Below, in pieces: positions 38,894 through 56,873 of a stretch of 64,000 bases of DNA; the first letter of the stretch is position 1; every line of letters begins with the position of its first letter. The stretch spans positions 19,096,001 through 19,160,000 of the forward strand of contig NC_087451.1 of NCBI RefSeq assembly GCF_036321535.1, given 5' to 3'. The notes beneath the pieces are model-generated. The model was not told where the DNA came from and searched no databases. It worked only from the letters and a program-made list of their open reading frames with translations. Origin of the DNA: Camelus dromedarius. Lineage: Eukaryota. A program made the translations under genes and the position numbers.

Positions 38894-40861
38894 ATGCCAG
38901 CCTCATCTCCTTCCTCGCTAGCCCCCAAAGGGCCCCCGGGAGACATGGGGTGCCCGGTCCGAGAGCCGGCAGTCTCAGTTGCCCTCTGGTTGAGTTGGGG
39001 GGCGGCTCTGGGGGCTGTGGCTTGTGCCATGGTTCTGCTGACCCAACAAACAGAGCTACAAACCCTAAGGAGAGAGGTGACCCGGCTGCAGAGGACCGGA
39101 GGGCCTTCCGAGGAGAGGGAAGGGTATCCATGGCTGAGCCTCCGGGAGCAGGTGAGTGAGGGGAGAATGGCGTCTGGGAGAGAAGTATGGGTGCCAGGGC
39201 GGTCTCCAGGCCTCTTGGTTCCAGCTGCCTGGTTTGCAGAGTTTTGAATGGGTGCAAGAGAGGGTCCCGGGTTTAGAGGTCAAGGGAGCAACCATTCCAG
39301 GAAAGGAAATTGTTAAAGATTAATGCTTCTCGTACCTAACAGATCCTGGAGGAGAGCCAGCACCAAGACTCAGGTTGCTGGGAAAAGGTGCAGGAGAGAT
39401 GTGAGGCATTTCTGGGGCAGAGGGAGGGCTGGGATAAAGGCTGTCTGTGACCCTTGCATTTGAGCCTAACCCTGACCCTCTTTCCACAAGCAGAGCCCTG
39501 ATGGCCTGGAAGCCCGGGAGGATGGGGAGAGATCCCGGAGAAGGAGAGCAGTGCTCACCCGTAAACAGAAGAGTGAGGCCTCCGGGGTGCAGCAGGGGTG
39601 GGAGGTGATCAAGCAGCCTGGGATGTGGAGACCCCGACCCTGAGTCAGGGTGAGGGTGGAGGGCTGACAACAGGGCAATGGGGGTAGGTGGGCACTGCTA
39701 AGATTTCTTCCTTCTCTCCTCAGAGAGGCACTCAGTTCTGCATCTTGTTCCCATTAACATCACCTCCAAGGGTAAGCATTATTTTAAATCATGGCTTTTG
39801 GGGGAGGAGCAAGATCTAGGAATTGTGGGGCCGGCACCTGGGCCCGAGGGAATCTTCGAGGTGAAAGTGTCCCAGAAACCCTCATCCCACACTCCTCACC
39901 TCCAGAGGACTCTGATGTGACAAAGGTGATGTGGCAGCCAGCTCTCACGCGTGGGAGAGGCCTGGAGGCCCAAGGATATGTTGTTCGAGTCTGGGATGCT
40001 GGAGTTTATCTGCTGTACAGCCAGGTAACCCCAAACACCCCTGAGCCTCACCTGAGGGCCTGGAGGCCTGTTTTCCCAAAGCCTTATGTCCCCGGACTGA
40101 GGGTTTCCAACCACTACTCATACCAGACTTAGAGGGCTCCTTCATTCCTTGGCTCCTAGAACTGAGCCAGGCAATCCGTTTTCTTCAGCATCTCCTCCCT
40201 TCCCTTCCAGGTCCTGTTTCACGATGTGACTTTCACCATGGGTCAGGTGGTATCTCGGGAGGGCCAGGGAAGGCAGGAGACTCTATTCCGATGTATACGA
40301 AGTATGCCCTCCAACCCCGACTGGGCCTACAATAGCTGCTACAGCGCAGGTGAGAGATGTGTGCGCAGTGGACTGTGGATGTGAGGAGAACAGGAGAGCT
40401 CTGGCCTAGGGGCAGTGCCTGGGGAGCTGTACCGGGGGTTGGAAGGCTGGGTGTAGAGGCAGATCTGAGGAATGAAGGACAGAATACCTTTTTCCTTACA
40501 GGAAGCATCACAAAGGCTAAGCTGAGGGGGGAGGGTATAGCTCAGTGGTAGAGTGCATGCTTAGCATGCACAAAATCCTGAGTTCAATCCCCAGTACCTC
40601 CGTTAAATAAATAAATAAATGAGCCTGATTACCTCCCCACCCCACCAAAAAAAAAAAAAAAAAAAAAGCTGAGCTGGAGATGGGAGGGTGAAACATCAGA
40701 GTATCTGCAAGGCTGTGCTTCACTGAGCTTACATATTCTCTCCTTTCTCAGGTGTCTTCCATTTACACCAAGGAGATATTCTGAGTGTTGTAATCCCTCG
40801 GGCAAGGGCGAAACTTAGCCTTTCTCCACATGGAACCTTCCTAGGGGTTGTGAAACTGTGA
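38894..40861 (+). CDS. TNFSF13: TNF superfamily member 13 (APRIL), 250 aa
   Basis: Exons 38894-39151, 39494-39572, 39724-39771, 39906-40024, 40211-40349, 40752-40861; total 753 nt; MPASSP start, RSRRRR|AVL furin site, NSCYSAGVFHL motif. Confidence 0.98.
40526..40667 (+). mobile_element. tRNA-Ala-derived SINE in TNFSF13 intron 5
   Basis: gggtatagctcagtggtagagtgcatgcttagcatgcacaaaatcctgagttcaatccccagtacctcc with an A tail of about 20 nt; imperfect TSD aaggctaagctg / aaagctgagctg. Confidence 0.92.
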
Positions 40862-41071
40862 TTGTGTTGCAAAAGATGGTTCTGAGCTTGGAAGACCAGG
40901 GTGGGTACGTTTTATAGACAGCCAAGAGCTGATTGACAAAGGACAGGGAATACGCAGGAACAGAGGCCTCTTTTGGGTTTGACAGGAATCCAGGCTTTGA
41001 CAGCTCATGACTCTCCCTCCCTTTTCTCTTTCCACCTCCACCTTCACCCCCAGGACTTTGAATTCATAGAT

Positions 41072-41077
41072 ATTAAA
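41072..41077 (+). terminator. Probable TNFSF13 poly(A) signal ATTAAA (alternative AATAAA near 41662)
   Basis: ATTAAA 211 nt after the stop. Confidence 0.6.
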
Positions 41078-41699
41078 GAGATTTTAAAAACCTTGCTTTT
41101 ATTCTCCATCCAGCCCCAAATTCTTGAGGGAGTTGGGGGGTGGTGATGCCAGGCATTGTCTAGACTAGCTGGGTCCCACTGGAATGCTTCCAGAACAGCA
41201 CCACCATCTAGCGGCAGTTTGAGACAATCATCCTGCGTGTTGGCAGAAGTCCAGGAAGCCTCCCTCCACTCAGGAAAACTCCTGGTTCCCTATGCCAAAC
41301 CTCTCTCCAGGTACCCTCTACCTCTTCACCCCACAAGAAGCCTCATCCTCATTTCCCTCTCTCCATCAACTGTGCTCCAGTTTCCATCACTAACTCCAGC
41401 GGTGCAACTATTATGTGCCCGTCTGCAGAGGGTGCCCGACAACGACGGTCCCCTCGGATCCACATTATTACTCTTCGGGTCTCAGCGTTGCCTTTCCTGC
41501 TCTCCATTGCCCTGGCGTGGCAGGCCGCTCTAAACCTGTCTGTGCTGGGACCGGTCGCCGAGGAGCCTTGGATGAATCGTACGCCCTGGTGCTGGTCCTG
41601 TCTCTCTGAATTCTCCTTTCTGTGCAAAACCTGCCTAAAGATAAAAAAAAAAATAAAGGAGAATAAATAAAGCTCGGATCCATTTCTCCCACTGCTTTG

Positions 41700-42500
41700 C
41701 CTCAGCCCCTCAGCCCGTACTGGGACTTCCCCGCCCTCCCGGCCCTCATCTGACTCGCCTCACTGGAGCAATGTGTTGCTGGCAGCGAGTGGAAGGCAGG
41801 GCTACGCAGCGCGGGGGCGGGGCGCAGGAGAGCGGCACGAGGCACGCAGCCGCAAAAGAGCGAGTGGCGGGGCCGCCCCGCGCGGCTCCGGTCGAGAGGG
41901 TGTGCGCAGGCGCAGCCTTGCGTCAGTCTCGTGGGCGGGACGGTCCTTTGGCGTCTACGTTCTCGGGTAGGCGGGAATAGGCGCGTGGTGGCCGCGCCGG
42001 CGCTGTTCGCCGGGTGTGACGTACTAATTGTGCGCCGCCACCGCCGGTGGGCCTGGGGCTCGCGGGAGGGGAAGGAGGAGGAGGAGGGGGAGGTGGTGGA
42101 GGTGGAAGCTGAAGCAGAGCAAGCGGCAGCCGCGGCGGGGCGGCTCGGCGGCGCGGCGCGCGGCCCAGAGGCGTTGGAATCCTGAATTGAGACGGCTGCG
42201 CCTGAAGACAGCAGGAGTGGCGGGGCCGCTGCCGTCGCCGGAGAGATGAGCCGGGAAGCCTGAGGCCAGAGACGCCCGCCCTCGGGCCTGTCCGCCCGGC
42301 TTCCCCGCTCCCGGTGAGGACGCCCCCCCCCCCCAGCTCTGCCGCAGCCTCTCCCATTCCTGGATCTCAGTCCCACCCAACCGGGGCCCACGAGGCCCTC
42401 GAAGGGGCTTCTTAAAGCCCTTGCACGCCGAGCCGCCCGAACCTATAGGACCATACCGGTGTTGGGACGCATTCTGGTCCCCGGGGACGGAGCAGGCGAG
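41700..42500 (+). promoter_or_regulatory. SENP3 CpG-island promoter and non-coding exon 1 (donor GT at 42314)
   Basis: CpG-dense; NRF1-like tgcgcaggcgca at 41903-41914; GC boxes; ccg|gtgagg donor. Confidence 0.8.
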
Positions 42501-43138
42501 GGGGCTGGGCCAGCCTGGCTCGGCTCAGTTCTGTCCCAGCGCCTTGATTCGGCTGCCTAAGTGCCAGTTCAGTTCTCTTGTAGTTTCCTTTAAAATCCTT
42601 CCCTTTTCGTTAGATTCTAGTACCTGAGCCATAGCCCTGGTATCCCCATTCCCTCTTGAGACGACCTGAGCATGCTCACACCCCTCCATTCATTCCAGGG
42701 TCATAGAGAACTCTTCCCACTTTAGACCACGGTTTCCCTGTGGAAGTCAAGTATCTCTGTACCGTGTCAGGATTCCCGTACTGAGCCATCTCCTTTATTA
42801 GTCTCTCAACTAGGACATCCTGGTGATATTAAAATAGAGAAGTAGAGCCTGAAAATACTGGATTTGACCTAGGGGTCTGAGAAATAAGAGCCCAGAGGCC
42901 TGTTACTTAACCATTCTCACTTGCTTCTATCCAGGCAGGAGAGAGATGGTGGCACAGACAGTAGAAGGCATCTTGTGGACTGTGTTAACTGGGAAGATCT
43001 GTAGTTAGGAGTTTTTTGGGTTTTCCTCAGTTTATTTGCATCTGACTGCAGAAGAGGCATGCTGAGGAAGAGCAGGATCTGGGGTATTGGATGTTTGAAT
43101 TCTGACACGCTGACCTTNNNNNNNNNNNNNNNNNNNNN

Positions 43139-46100
43139 NNNNNNNNNNNNNNNNNNNNNNNNNNNNNNNNNNNNNNNNNNNNNNNNNNNNNNNNNNNNNN
43201 NNNNNNNNNNNNNNNNNNNNNNNNNNNNNNNNNNNNNNNNNNNNNNNNNNNNNNNNNCCGACTCAAATCAGGTGGAGGGTTTGGGCCAGATCCTGGGTCA
43301 GGGACCACAATGCCAGCCAGACGCCTCCCTGTCCCTCGGCCTTCTTTTGATGCCTCAGCTAGTGAAGAGGAGGAAGAAGAAGAGGAGGACGAAGATGAAG
43401 ATGAGGAAGAGGAAGTGGCAGCTTGGAGGCTGCCCCCCAGATGGGGTCAGCTGGGAACCCCCCAGCGGCCTCGCCCTCCCCGTCCTACTCATCGGAAAAC
43501 CTGTTCACAGCGCCGTCNNNNNNNNNNNNNNNNNNNNNNNNNNNNNNNNNNNNNNNNNNNNNNNNNNNNNNNNNNNNNNNNNNNNNNNNNNNNNNNNNNN
43601 NNNNNNNNNNNNNNNNNNNNNNNNNNNNNNNNNNNNNNNNNNNNNNNNNNNNNNNNNNNNNNNNNCCCACAGGTGCCCTCTCCCTGCTGTCGTTTTGACT
43701 CCCCCCGGGGACCACCTCCACCCCGGCTGGGTCTGCTAGGTGCTCTCATGGCTGAGGATGGGGTGAGAGGGTCTCCACCAGTGCCCTCTGGGCCCCCCAT
43801 GGAGGAAGATGGATTAAGGTGGACTCCAAAGTCTCCTTTGGACCCTGACTCGGGTAAGATGGAAATGGGGCAGAGGAGGGGTTGGGGAGGGCTAGATCCT
43901 GGGGGGACCAGGAACCTCTTGCTGTGGAGAACTAGATCTAAGGAAAGTAGGATGGCAGAGTGAGGGGGTCCAGAACAGCTGTGAAAGGTTTTAAGTCCCA
44001 CTTTGAGCAGGAGCTAAGTCTGGGGAGAGAGTCAAGGCTGGGATACAGAATCCCTAAGTAGCTGTCATGTGTGTAGATGAGAAAGGGAGTCATGGTTTAG
44101 AAAAGTCAGACAATCTTGTCCACTTGAAATCCCTCTTCACCTGGCCTCTCAGGATAAGGGCCTCTGTAGGTACATCTCCAGAGGGTGCCATTCTTACAGT
44201 GGTGGGATGGGGTCTGAGTAGTGTGTGTGACACTCTGACTCAGAATATTTCTTTTTCGGATAATCCCAACAAAACAACTTCAGGCTCTCTATGTCTTTAA
44301 ATAATTATTTGACTATTTATCAAGCCTTTGCTGTATGCAAGGACTATGCTAGGTACTAGTGGTGACAGATATCTCTGAAATTTATTTCTCTCTGAATCCT
44401 AGTCTTTTCTTGCTTTCCNNNNNNNNNNNNNNNNNNNNNNNNNNNNNNNNNNNNNNNNNNNNNNNNNNNNNNNNNNNNNNNNNNNNNNNNNNNNNNNNNN
44501 NNNNNNNNNNNNNNNNNNNNNNNNNNNNNNNNNNNNNNNNNNNNNNNNNNNNNNNNNNNNNNNNNAGTTCACGTTTGTGTCACATTTTGATAATTCTTGC
44601 AGTATTTCAAAGGCTACAACTCACTGATGGCTCAGATGATGGTTAGCATTTTTAGTAATAAAGCCTTTTTAAATTAGTATATACACGTTGATTTTTTTAG
44701 ACATAATGCTTATTGCACACTTAATAGACTACAGTATAGTATAAACGTAAGGTTTTTTTGCACTGGAAAACTGAAAAGCTTGTGATTTGATTTATTACAA
44801 TAGTCACTTTATTGTAATGGTCTGGAAACAAATCCACAATATCTCTGAGGTATGCCTGTAGTGACTCTTCCTCTCTGTCCTTTATAACCTCTTGGGCATG
44901 CTCATCTTATGCTTTAGGGTATCCATTCCTTAGAGATTATATCAGTAGATTTTTGTTTTAATTCATCCTTCTTGTGGTCTTATAATTTGTGTTCATCATT
45001 TAACCTTCCCATTGTCCTTTGATCTGAGACAGTTTCTTGCTTTCATCCTGTTTCCCCTGCCCTACAGGCCTTCTCTCTTGTACTCTGCCCAATGGCTTTG
45101 GGGGACCACCTGGGCCAGAAGGGGAGCGGAGTCTGGCACCCCCTGATGCCAGCATCCTCATCAGCAATGTGTGCAGCATCGGGGACCATGTGGCCCAGGA
45201 GCTTTTTCAGGGCTCAGATTTGGGCACTACAGAGGAAGCAGAGCGGCCTGGGGAGAAAGCTGGCCAGCACAGCCCCCTGCGGGAGGAGCATGTCACCTGT
45301 GTGCAGAGTAAGGAACCCTAGAGGATCTAGTCTCTTTCCTTCAGCCAACTCCTAGATCAGAGTCTGGAGGCCTTACCCCACTCTTCTCTCCCTCCTCTAC
45401 TCAGGCATCTTGGATGAATTCCTTCAAACTTACGGCAGCCTTATCCCCCTTAGCACTGATGAGGTAGTAGAGAAATTGGAGGACATTTTCCAGCAGGAGT
45501 TCTCTACACCTTCCAGGTAAGGCATAAGAGAGATGATCATTAGAAGAGGGCTGGGACCTGGGAGATGGGGCGAGAACGCTGCTGCCTTTTCTCCCATAGG
45601 GATGTAGTTGGGGAGAAGGAGAAAGCTAGAACTGAAGGGGAGGACTCTCCAGACAAGGTGTAAGCCCCTGTAAGCCAACTGGGAGGGTCATTATTGGGAC
45701 CCTGAAATACTACGTGTACCTGAGTATTCATGTGCGTCTTACTGGGGAGTTGGGCTTTAGTAGGTTCTCAGAAGGACACACGACACCTCCCCAAACCTGA
45801 AAAAAAAAAAAAAGGTTAGTTTAGGTTCTTATTCTGGGCAGTAGAAGGTACTTCTGTGTGCCTTAGCCCCCTCGTCTCTTGTGTGACTCCACCCTTGGCC
45901 TACCCAGGAAGGGCCTGGTGCTGCAGCTGATCCAGTCATACCAGCGGATGCCAGGCAATGCCATGGTGAGGGGCTTCCGAGTCACCTATAAGCGGCATGT
46001 GCTGACCATGGACGACTTGGGGACCTTATATGGACAGAACTGGCTCAATGACCAGGTAAGGAGGTGTGGAGAAACAGACCCAAGAGGGGATTCAGGGAGC

Positions 46101-49100
46101 AGGGTGTGTAGGGCCCTCTGCATGGGAGAGCCCTGTACCCATGCCCCAACCTCCATGGCAAGTTGCCTTCTGTCTTCTCCCCAGGTGATGAACATGTATG
46201 GAGACCTGGTCATGGACACAGTCCCTGAAAAGGTAGGCCTAACCAGATGCTTCAGTCCGTGGAAGAATTTCTGCAGTTCTAAGCAGCTTAATCAGTCCCT
46301 TTCATCTCTTCCATTTTATATAAAGAGGGTTTTTGTTTCTGGGGAGAGGTGGTAGAAGGTAATTTGTTAAATTCAAATCTGTAATCTTGGTCCTAAATTT
46401 ATCAGTTCTGTTCCTTTCCTCTAGTCTTCGGTGTTTTTCTCCTATGGCTAACCCGACAAATTGGGGTGGGAAGCTATAAGATAAGATCAAAAACAATTTT
46501 GTGTTTTTACCCTCAGTGAGTTGAAAACAACTGGAGTTTGTTGAAAGCAGTTCTTAGGGTCATAATGAAGTGGAGTGGGCTGGGGAGAGGACATTTAGCA
46601 GGAGGGCCTGTGGTCTTTTAATTCTATCCAGCTCTTTTGTGTCATTGGCACAGGTACATTTCTTCAACAGTTTCTTCTATGATAAACTCCGTACCAAGGG
46701 TTATGATGGGGTGAAAAGGTGGACCAAAAACGTGAGTTATGAATTTACATCTACTTGTGTATCACTTTCCCTCTAAAGAATTAGAGTTTTGTTTCCTGTG
46801 AGCCCTTTCCCCAACCCTGTTCACTCAGTCTCTCAAATATTTAGTAATTGTCTTCTGTGTGCCAGGTGCTATTCTGGGTACTAAGGATACAGTATTAAAT
46901 AAGGAAAATTTCTTGCCTTTACGGGGTGAGAATAAATAAGCAAGTTAAATTTCTGTTACTGATAAGTGGTGTGAACAAATTAAAACAGTAATGTAGTAGC
47001 CTGGGAAGCAGGGACTTTACATTGGGTGGTCTGGGAAGGCCTCTCTTACTGAGATTTGAATGATGAGAAGCCAACCATGTGCAGATCTGGTGCAAGAGTA
47101 TACTCAGTAGAGGGAACAGCAAGTCTGTGGGACACAGAGCGAGAAAGAACATTTGATGAACAGAGGGCCCATGTGAGTGCCTATGTGGTTGGAGCAGAGT
47201 GAGCAAAGGGAAAATGATACAGAGTTTTTGTCAGAGAGCAGATCTTGTGAGGCGTGGAGGGTAGGCTGAGGAGAGTGGGTCTTAGTCTGTGTTTTGAGAA
47301 GCCATTGAAGAGTTTTAAGCAGACTGTGTTAAACTCCTGTTCAGTGATAGGTTGAAAGGGGGCAAGAGTGGAAGCAGGCAGATTGACCAGCATAGCACCG
47401 AAGTCCAGGTGAGAAACATGGACCAGAGTGGTAAAGGTAGAAATAGAAGTAGTTTAATCTCGGATAAATTTTGCAAGTAGAACCAACAGGACTTTCTGAC
47501 AGACTGGACATGAGAAATGAAGAAACGACAGGAATCAAGGATGATGCTTAGATTTTTGGCCTAAGTTACTGGGGAAAATAATTAGTGGGGAACAGGTTTG
47601 GTGAGGGGAAAAAAGAGTTCTTTTCCCCTCTAATTAGTTTACCTGTCCTCCCATTCAAAGGCCAGGAAATTACAGTGAGGTAGGACGGTTGGCTCCAGCT
47701 TTTCTTAATTCCTGTCCCCAGGTTCAAGAGTTTAACTTTACACCCTCAGGGACCTGGCAGGCCTTCTTCTCCTGGTAGAGGTGGGGGTGACATGCAGTGG
47801 AAAGAACTGGGCCTTTATATGCCTTTGTTTAAATCCAACCTCTGCCATTTCTTCCACGACCTTGGGCAAGTCACTTTACTTTTCCAAGCCAGTTTCCTCA
47901 TGGTTGACGTGTGAATTTCCTCACAGGATTGTTGTGAGCATTAACTGATTGAGCATTTTCTAGGTGCCTCACATTGTTCTTAGTGTATCATAGGTATTAA
48001 CTAGTTTAATCTTCGTAACAAACAGGTGAGGGTGGGTACTGTTATTTTCATCCTTTCACAGAAAAGGGAACTGAGGTACAGAGAGTTCTTAAATAATTTG
48101 CCTGTGGTCATAAGCTATTAAATGGAGGAGCTGGGTTTGAACCCTGAGAGTCTGGCTCCAGGATCCTGAGCCTGGGTTCTTAGCTACTAAGCACTTGCTT
48201 GTTCTGGCACTACCTCCTCTTTCCTGTCTTCCTCCCTTATCCTAGGAATCCAGACATCCAGATGTTGAGCCTTGTCTCACAGTCTAGTGACTGAGCCTTG
48301 AGTTCTCCCAGTTGGCTCCTTGCCTGCTCCTCCATTCCTCTTTAGAACCCTCCTGGCAACAGGCAGGATTTTTGTGCCGTCTTACCTGACCTCCAGCACT
48401 GTCTTCTTAGGTGGACATCTTCAATAAGGAGCTACTGTTAATCCCTATCCACCTGGAGGTCCACTGGTCCCTCATCTCTGTTGATGTGAGGCGGCGCACC
48501 ATCACCTATTTTGACTCGCAGCGCACCCTAAACCGCCGCTGCCCTAAGGTTTGAAAGGGAAGAGCAGAATGTGGCGGGGAGATCCAGTGGCAAGGCATTT
48601 CAGGCAGAAGGGTGGGTTTGGGGTCTTAGAGAAGCAGCCTGGGCTTGGTGCCTTGACCACCACACCCTGGGTTCAGTAGGGCATCACTTCCTCCTTGTCT
48701 CCACCTACACAGCATATTGCCAAGTATCTACAGGCAGAGGCAGTGAAGAAAGACCGGCTGGATTTCCACCAGGGCTGGAAAGGTTACTTCAAAATGGTAA
48801 GTTTCAAGAGGAGGGTTATGGAGTGAGGGGTGGGGGACAGGAAGTGATAGGAGGCAGAAGTTGAAGTCATACCCTAAGTTCTCCAGATGAAGGGCCTACC
48901 TACCTTCTTTTCATTCTCTAGAATGTGGCAAGGCAGAATAATGACAGTGACTGTGGCGCCTTTGTGTTGCAGGTAAGCAGGTATCAGTTGGGTTAGAAGG
49001 TTGGGAGGGAGGCAGGAAGCTGGTCTGCATCCCTCACGGCCACTAGTGGAACAGGAGTAATGTTATGTGTTAATGCAGAAACCCTGATTTCATTGGTCCT

Positions 49101-49531
49101 CTCTTGGCTTCCCCATACTACTTTGGGACTGGGTCTGTGGTCCCTGGTCTCTGGCCCTGATTTAGCTGCCTCCTGATCCCCAGTGCGAAGTTTTCTCTGT
49201 TAACACTAGCTATTGCATGTACTAAATAGGAATTTTGGCTCTAGAGTCAGGTCCTTTTTTTTGAGCCCCCATCTATGGGACTTTGGCTTCCTGTTTGTGA
49301 AATGAGAATATTCTTGGAAAGATTCAGGGAAATGTGTATCATATGAAATGTGTAGCACGGGTCCTGACTTGGGGGGATGCTCGGTAGGTGGTTCTCATGG
49401 CCTGCTTTGTTAACACCCAGTATTGCAAGCACCTGGCCCTGTCTCAGCCATTCAGCTTCACCCAGCAGGACATGCCCAAACTTCGTCGACAGATCTACAA
49501 GGAGCTGTGTCACTGCAAACTCACTGTGTGA
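43139..49531 (+). CDS. SENP3: SUMO-specific protease 3, 574 aa (start codon inside an N mask; position inferred from the human protein)
   Basis: Exons (43139)-43853, 45068-45307, 45405-45516, 45908-46055, 46185-46232, 46654-46731, 48411-48548, 48713-48796, 48922-48972, 49421-49531; total 1725 nt; catalytic motifs VHW, FDS, DCG; C-terminus CHCKLTV. Confidence 0.97.
44566..44858 (-). mobile_element. Tigger1-derived DNA transposon fragment in SENP3 intron 2
   Basis: Ends gaggtatgcctg|TA (Tigger1 TIR with TA target); tgcacacttaatagactacagtatagt motif. Confidence 0.85.
46850..48200. mobile_element. L2 and MIR fragments in SENP3 intron 7
   Basis: gtgccaggtgctattctgggtactaaggatacag (L2); ggaactgaggtacagagag...aatttgcc (MIR); approximate limits. 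Confidence 0.65.
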
Positions 49532-49953
49532 GCCTCGTATCCCAGGCCTCAAGCCCATTAATTAATGGGCAGGGGGACATGGGAGACCCTTCCTTCCCAA
49601 GAAACTCCAGTTCCTTTCCTCTCTTGCCTCTTCCCACCCAATTCCCTTTGGTTTTTCATATTTAAATGTTTTAATTGATTTTTTTTTTCCTTTGAGAGAA
49701 TACTTGTTATTTCTGATGTTCAGGGGGTGGCCATGGAAAATCCCCGTTTTCCCTCTGTCTGCAGGGGAGTATGGCCTTGTGGCCTGGGTGGGGCAGTCAT
49801 CTCCCTTCCGTGTGTAGGGCCGGGGGGCGGGCAGGAAAATCTGTGCTGGGGGTGGTGGGCGGGCAAAGGGATTACTGCCTGCCATATCTTCAAACTTTTT
49901 TTTTTATATATATATATCTATATATATATAAATGCCACGGTCCTGCTCTCGTC

Positions 49954-49959
49954 AATAAA
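49954..49959 (+). terminator. SENP3 poly(A) signal AATAAA
   Basis: Follows a (TA)n stretch at the end of the 3' UTR. Confidence 0.8.
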
Positions 49960-50499
49960 GGATCCTTTGGAGATACATAGTGGTGGTCTTCCTTAAGGGG
50001 CCTCAAGTGGATATCTCAGGCTTTCCTCCAGCCAGTGCTGTTAGCTACCCTTTTATGGGTCGAGACTTCAGGGACCAGCTTTCCATCGTGGCTCAGACAG
50101 TGCCAACACCATATCCTCAACCAAAAGTATCCCCCAGTCTTGGGAGTCGGGGCTGGAAGGCGGGAAAGTCGGTAAGCCTCAAACATAAGAGAATTTGAGC
50201 GGTGCTAAAGTTGGGGAAACAGGACACTTAAGGAACAGGCCAGGATTCATGATCTTAAGCCTGGAAGTCAGTTATTCCATTCCTCCGCCCTCCAACCAGA
50301 GGAACCCTCCCAGCTGCTAGGGTACGGCTCCCGATTCCACATCCCTGTACACTTTGAACACATCGGGGTTGGCGTCCGATTTATCTTTACTGCCACAGAG
50401 AATAAAGTGGGTTCAGGGGAGACCTGGAGCAGAGGTGGAGGGAAGTGGTAGTCTCGGGAGCCCGGAAATCCTTGTAGGCTGAAGCCTCGCCCCCCCTTG

Positions 50500-50857
50500 C
50501 GTGATAGGGCCTGCTCGGCCACGTGACTAGGGCACTCTCGCCTCCGCACGTGTAGGGGTGCAGGGCCCCAAGATGGCTGCCAAGCCGCGAGGCCTGACTC
50601 CTATATGTCACTTCCGTACCGGCGAGAAAGGCGGGCCCTTTAGCCAATGAGGCAGCGGGGCTGGTCCTCATCTTGACAGGCGTTCAAGTTACCCAATGGT
50701 GGCTGCGTGCCAGAGCGCCTACGAACTCACGTCACGCCGAGTCTCTGAGCGGCGGCGGGCGGGGCCGAGGCGGCCAAGCCAATGCGATGGCTGGGGCGGG
50801 GTCGGGCGCTCTATAAGTTGTCGATAGGCGGGCACTCCGCCCTAGTTTCTAAGGATC
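50500..50857 (+). promoter_or_regulatory. EIF4A1 promoter: two CACGTG E-boxes, YY1, ETS, CRE-like, CCAAT, GC box, TATA
   Basis: CACGTG 50520-50525 and 50547-50552; aagatggc 50570; cacttccg 50609; ccaat 50644 and 50779; tcacgtca 50727; ggggcgggg near 50793; tataa 50812. Confidence 0.8.
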
Positions 50858-56370
<5,513 letters not shown>

Positions 56371-56855
56371 AAGGGGCCACTCTGCTACCTAGCCCCAGCT
56401 AGGGATCNNNNNNNNNNNNNNNNNNNNNNNNNNNNNNNNNNNNNNNNNNNNNNNNNNNNNNNNNNNNNNNNNNNNNNNNNNNNNNNNNNNNNNNNNNNNN
56501 NNNNNNNNNNNNNNNNNNNNNNNNNNNNNNNNNNNNNNNNNNNNNNNNNNNNNNNNNNNNNNNNNNNNNNNNNNNNNNNNNNNNNNNNNNNNNNNNNNNN
56601 NNNCAGAAACACTAATCCATTTCCCTAACCTAGTCAACCTCCAAGCCCCAGAGGCTCTCTCCACCTCCAGCTGAATTCCTTTGAAAATGTTATAGAGGGA
56701 CTACAATGACACTCCACCTCATTTTGCTGGACCAAATCTGGAGGGAGAACCCCTGAATTAGGTAACCCAGGGGATTACCCCCAGGTGGGGGGAGCAGGGG
56801 GGAGAAAATGGTAGCCATTTTTACATTGTTTTGTATAGTATTTATTGATTCAGGA

Positions 56856-56873
56856 AATAAAATTCTGAATAAA
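56856..56873 (+). terminator. EIF4A1 distal poly(A) signals (two AATAAA)
   Basis: AATAAA at 56856-56861 and 56868-56873. Confidence 0.75.

Noticed and set aside
41702-42391. 229-aa and 144-aa minus-strand ORFs
   Set aside because: Lie in the SENP3 CpG island; low-complexity Ala/Arg/Pro translation expected by chance
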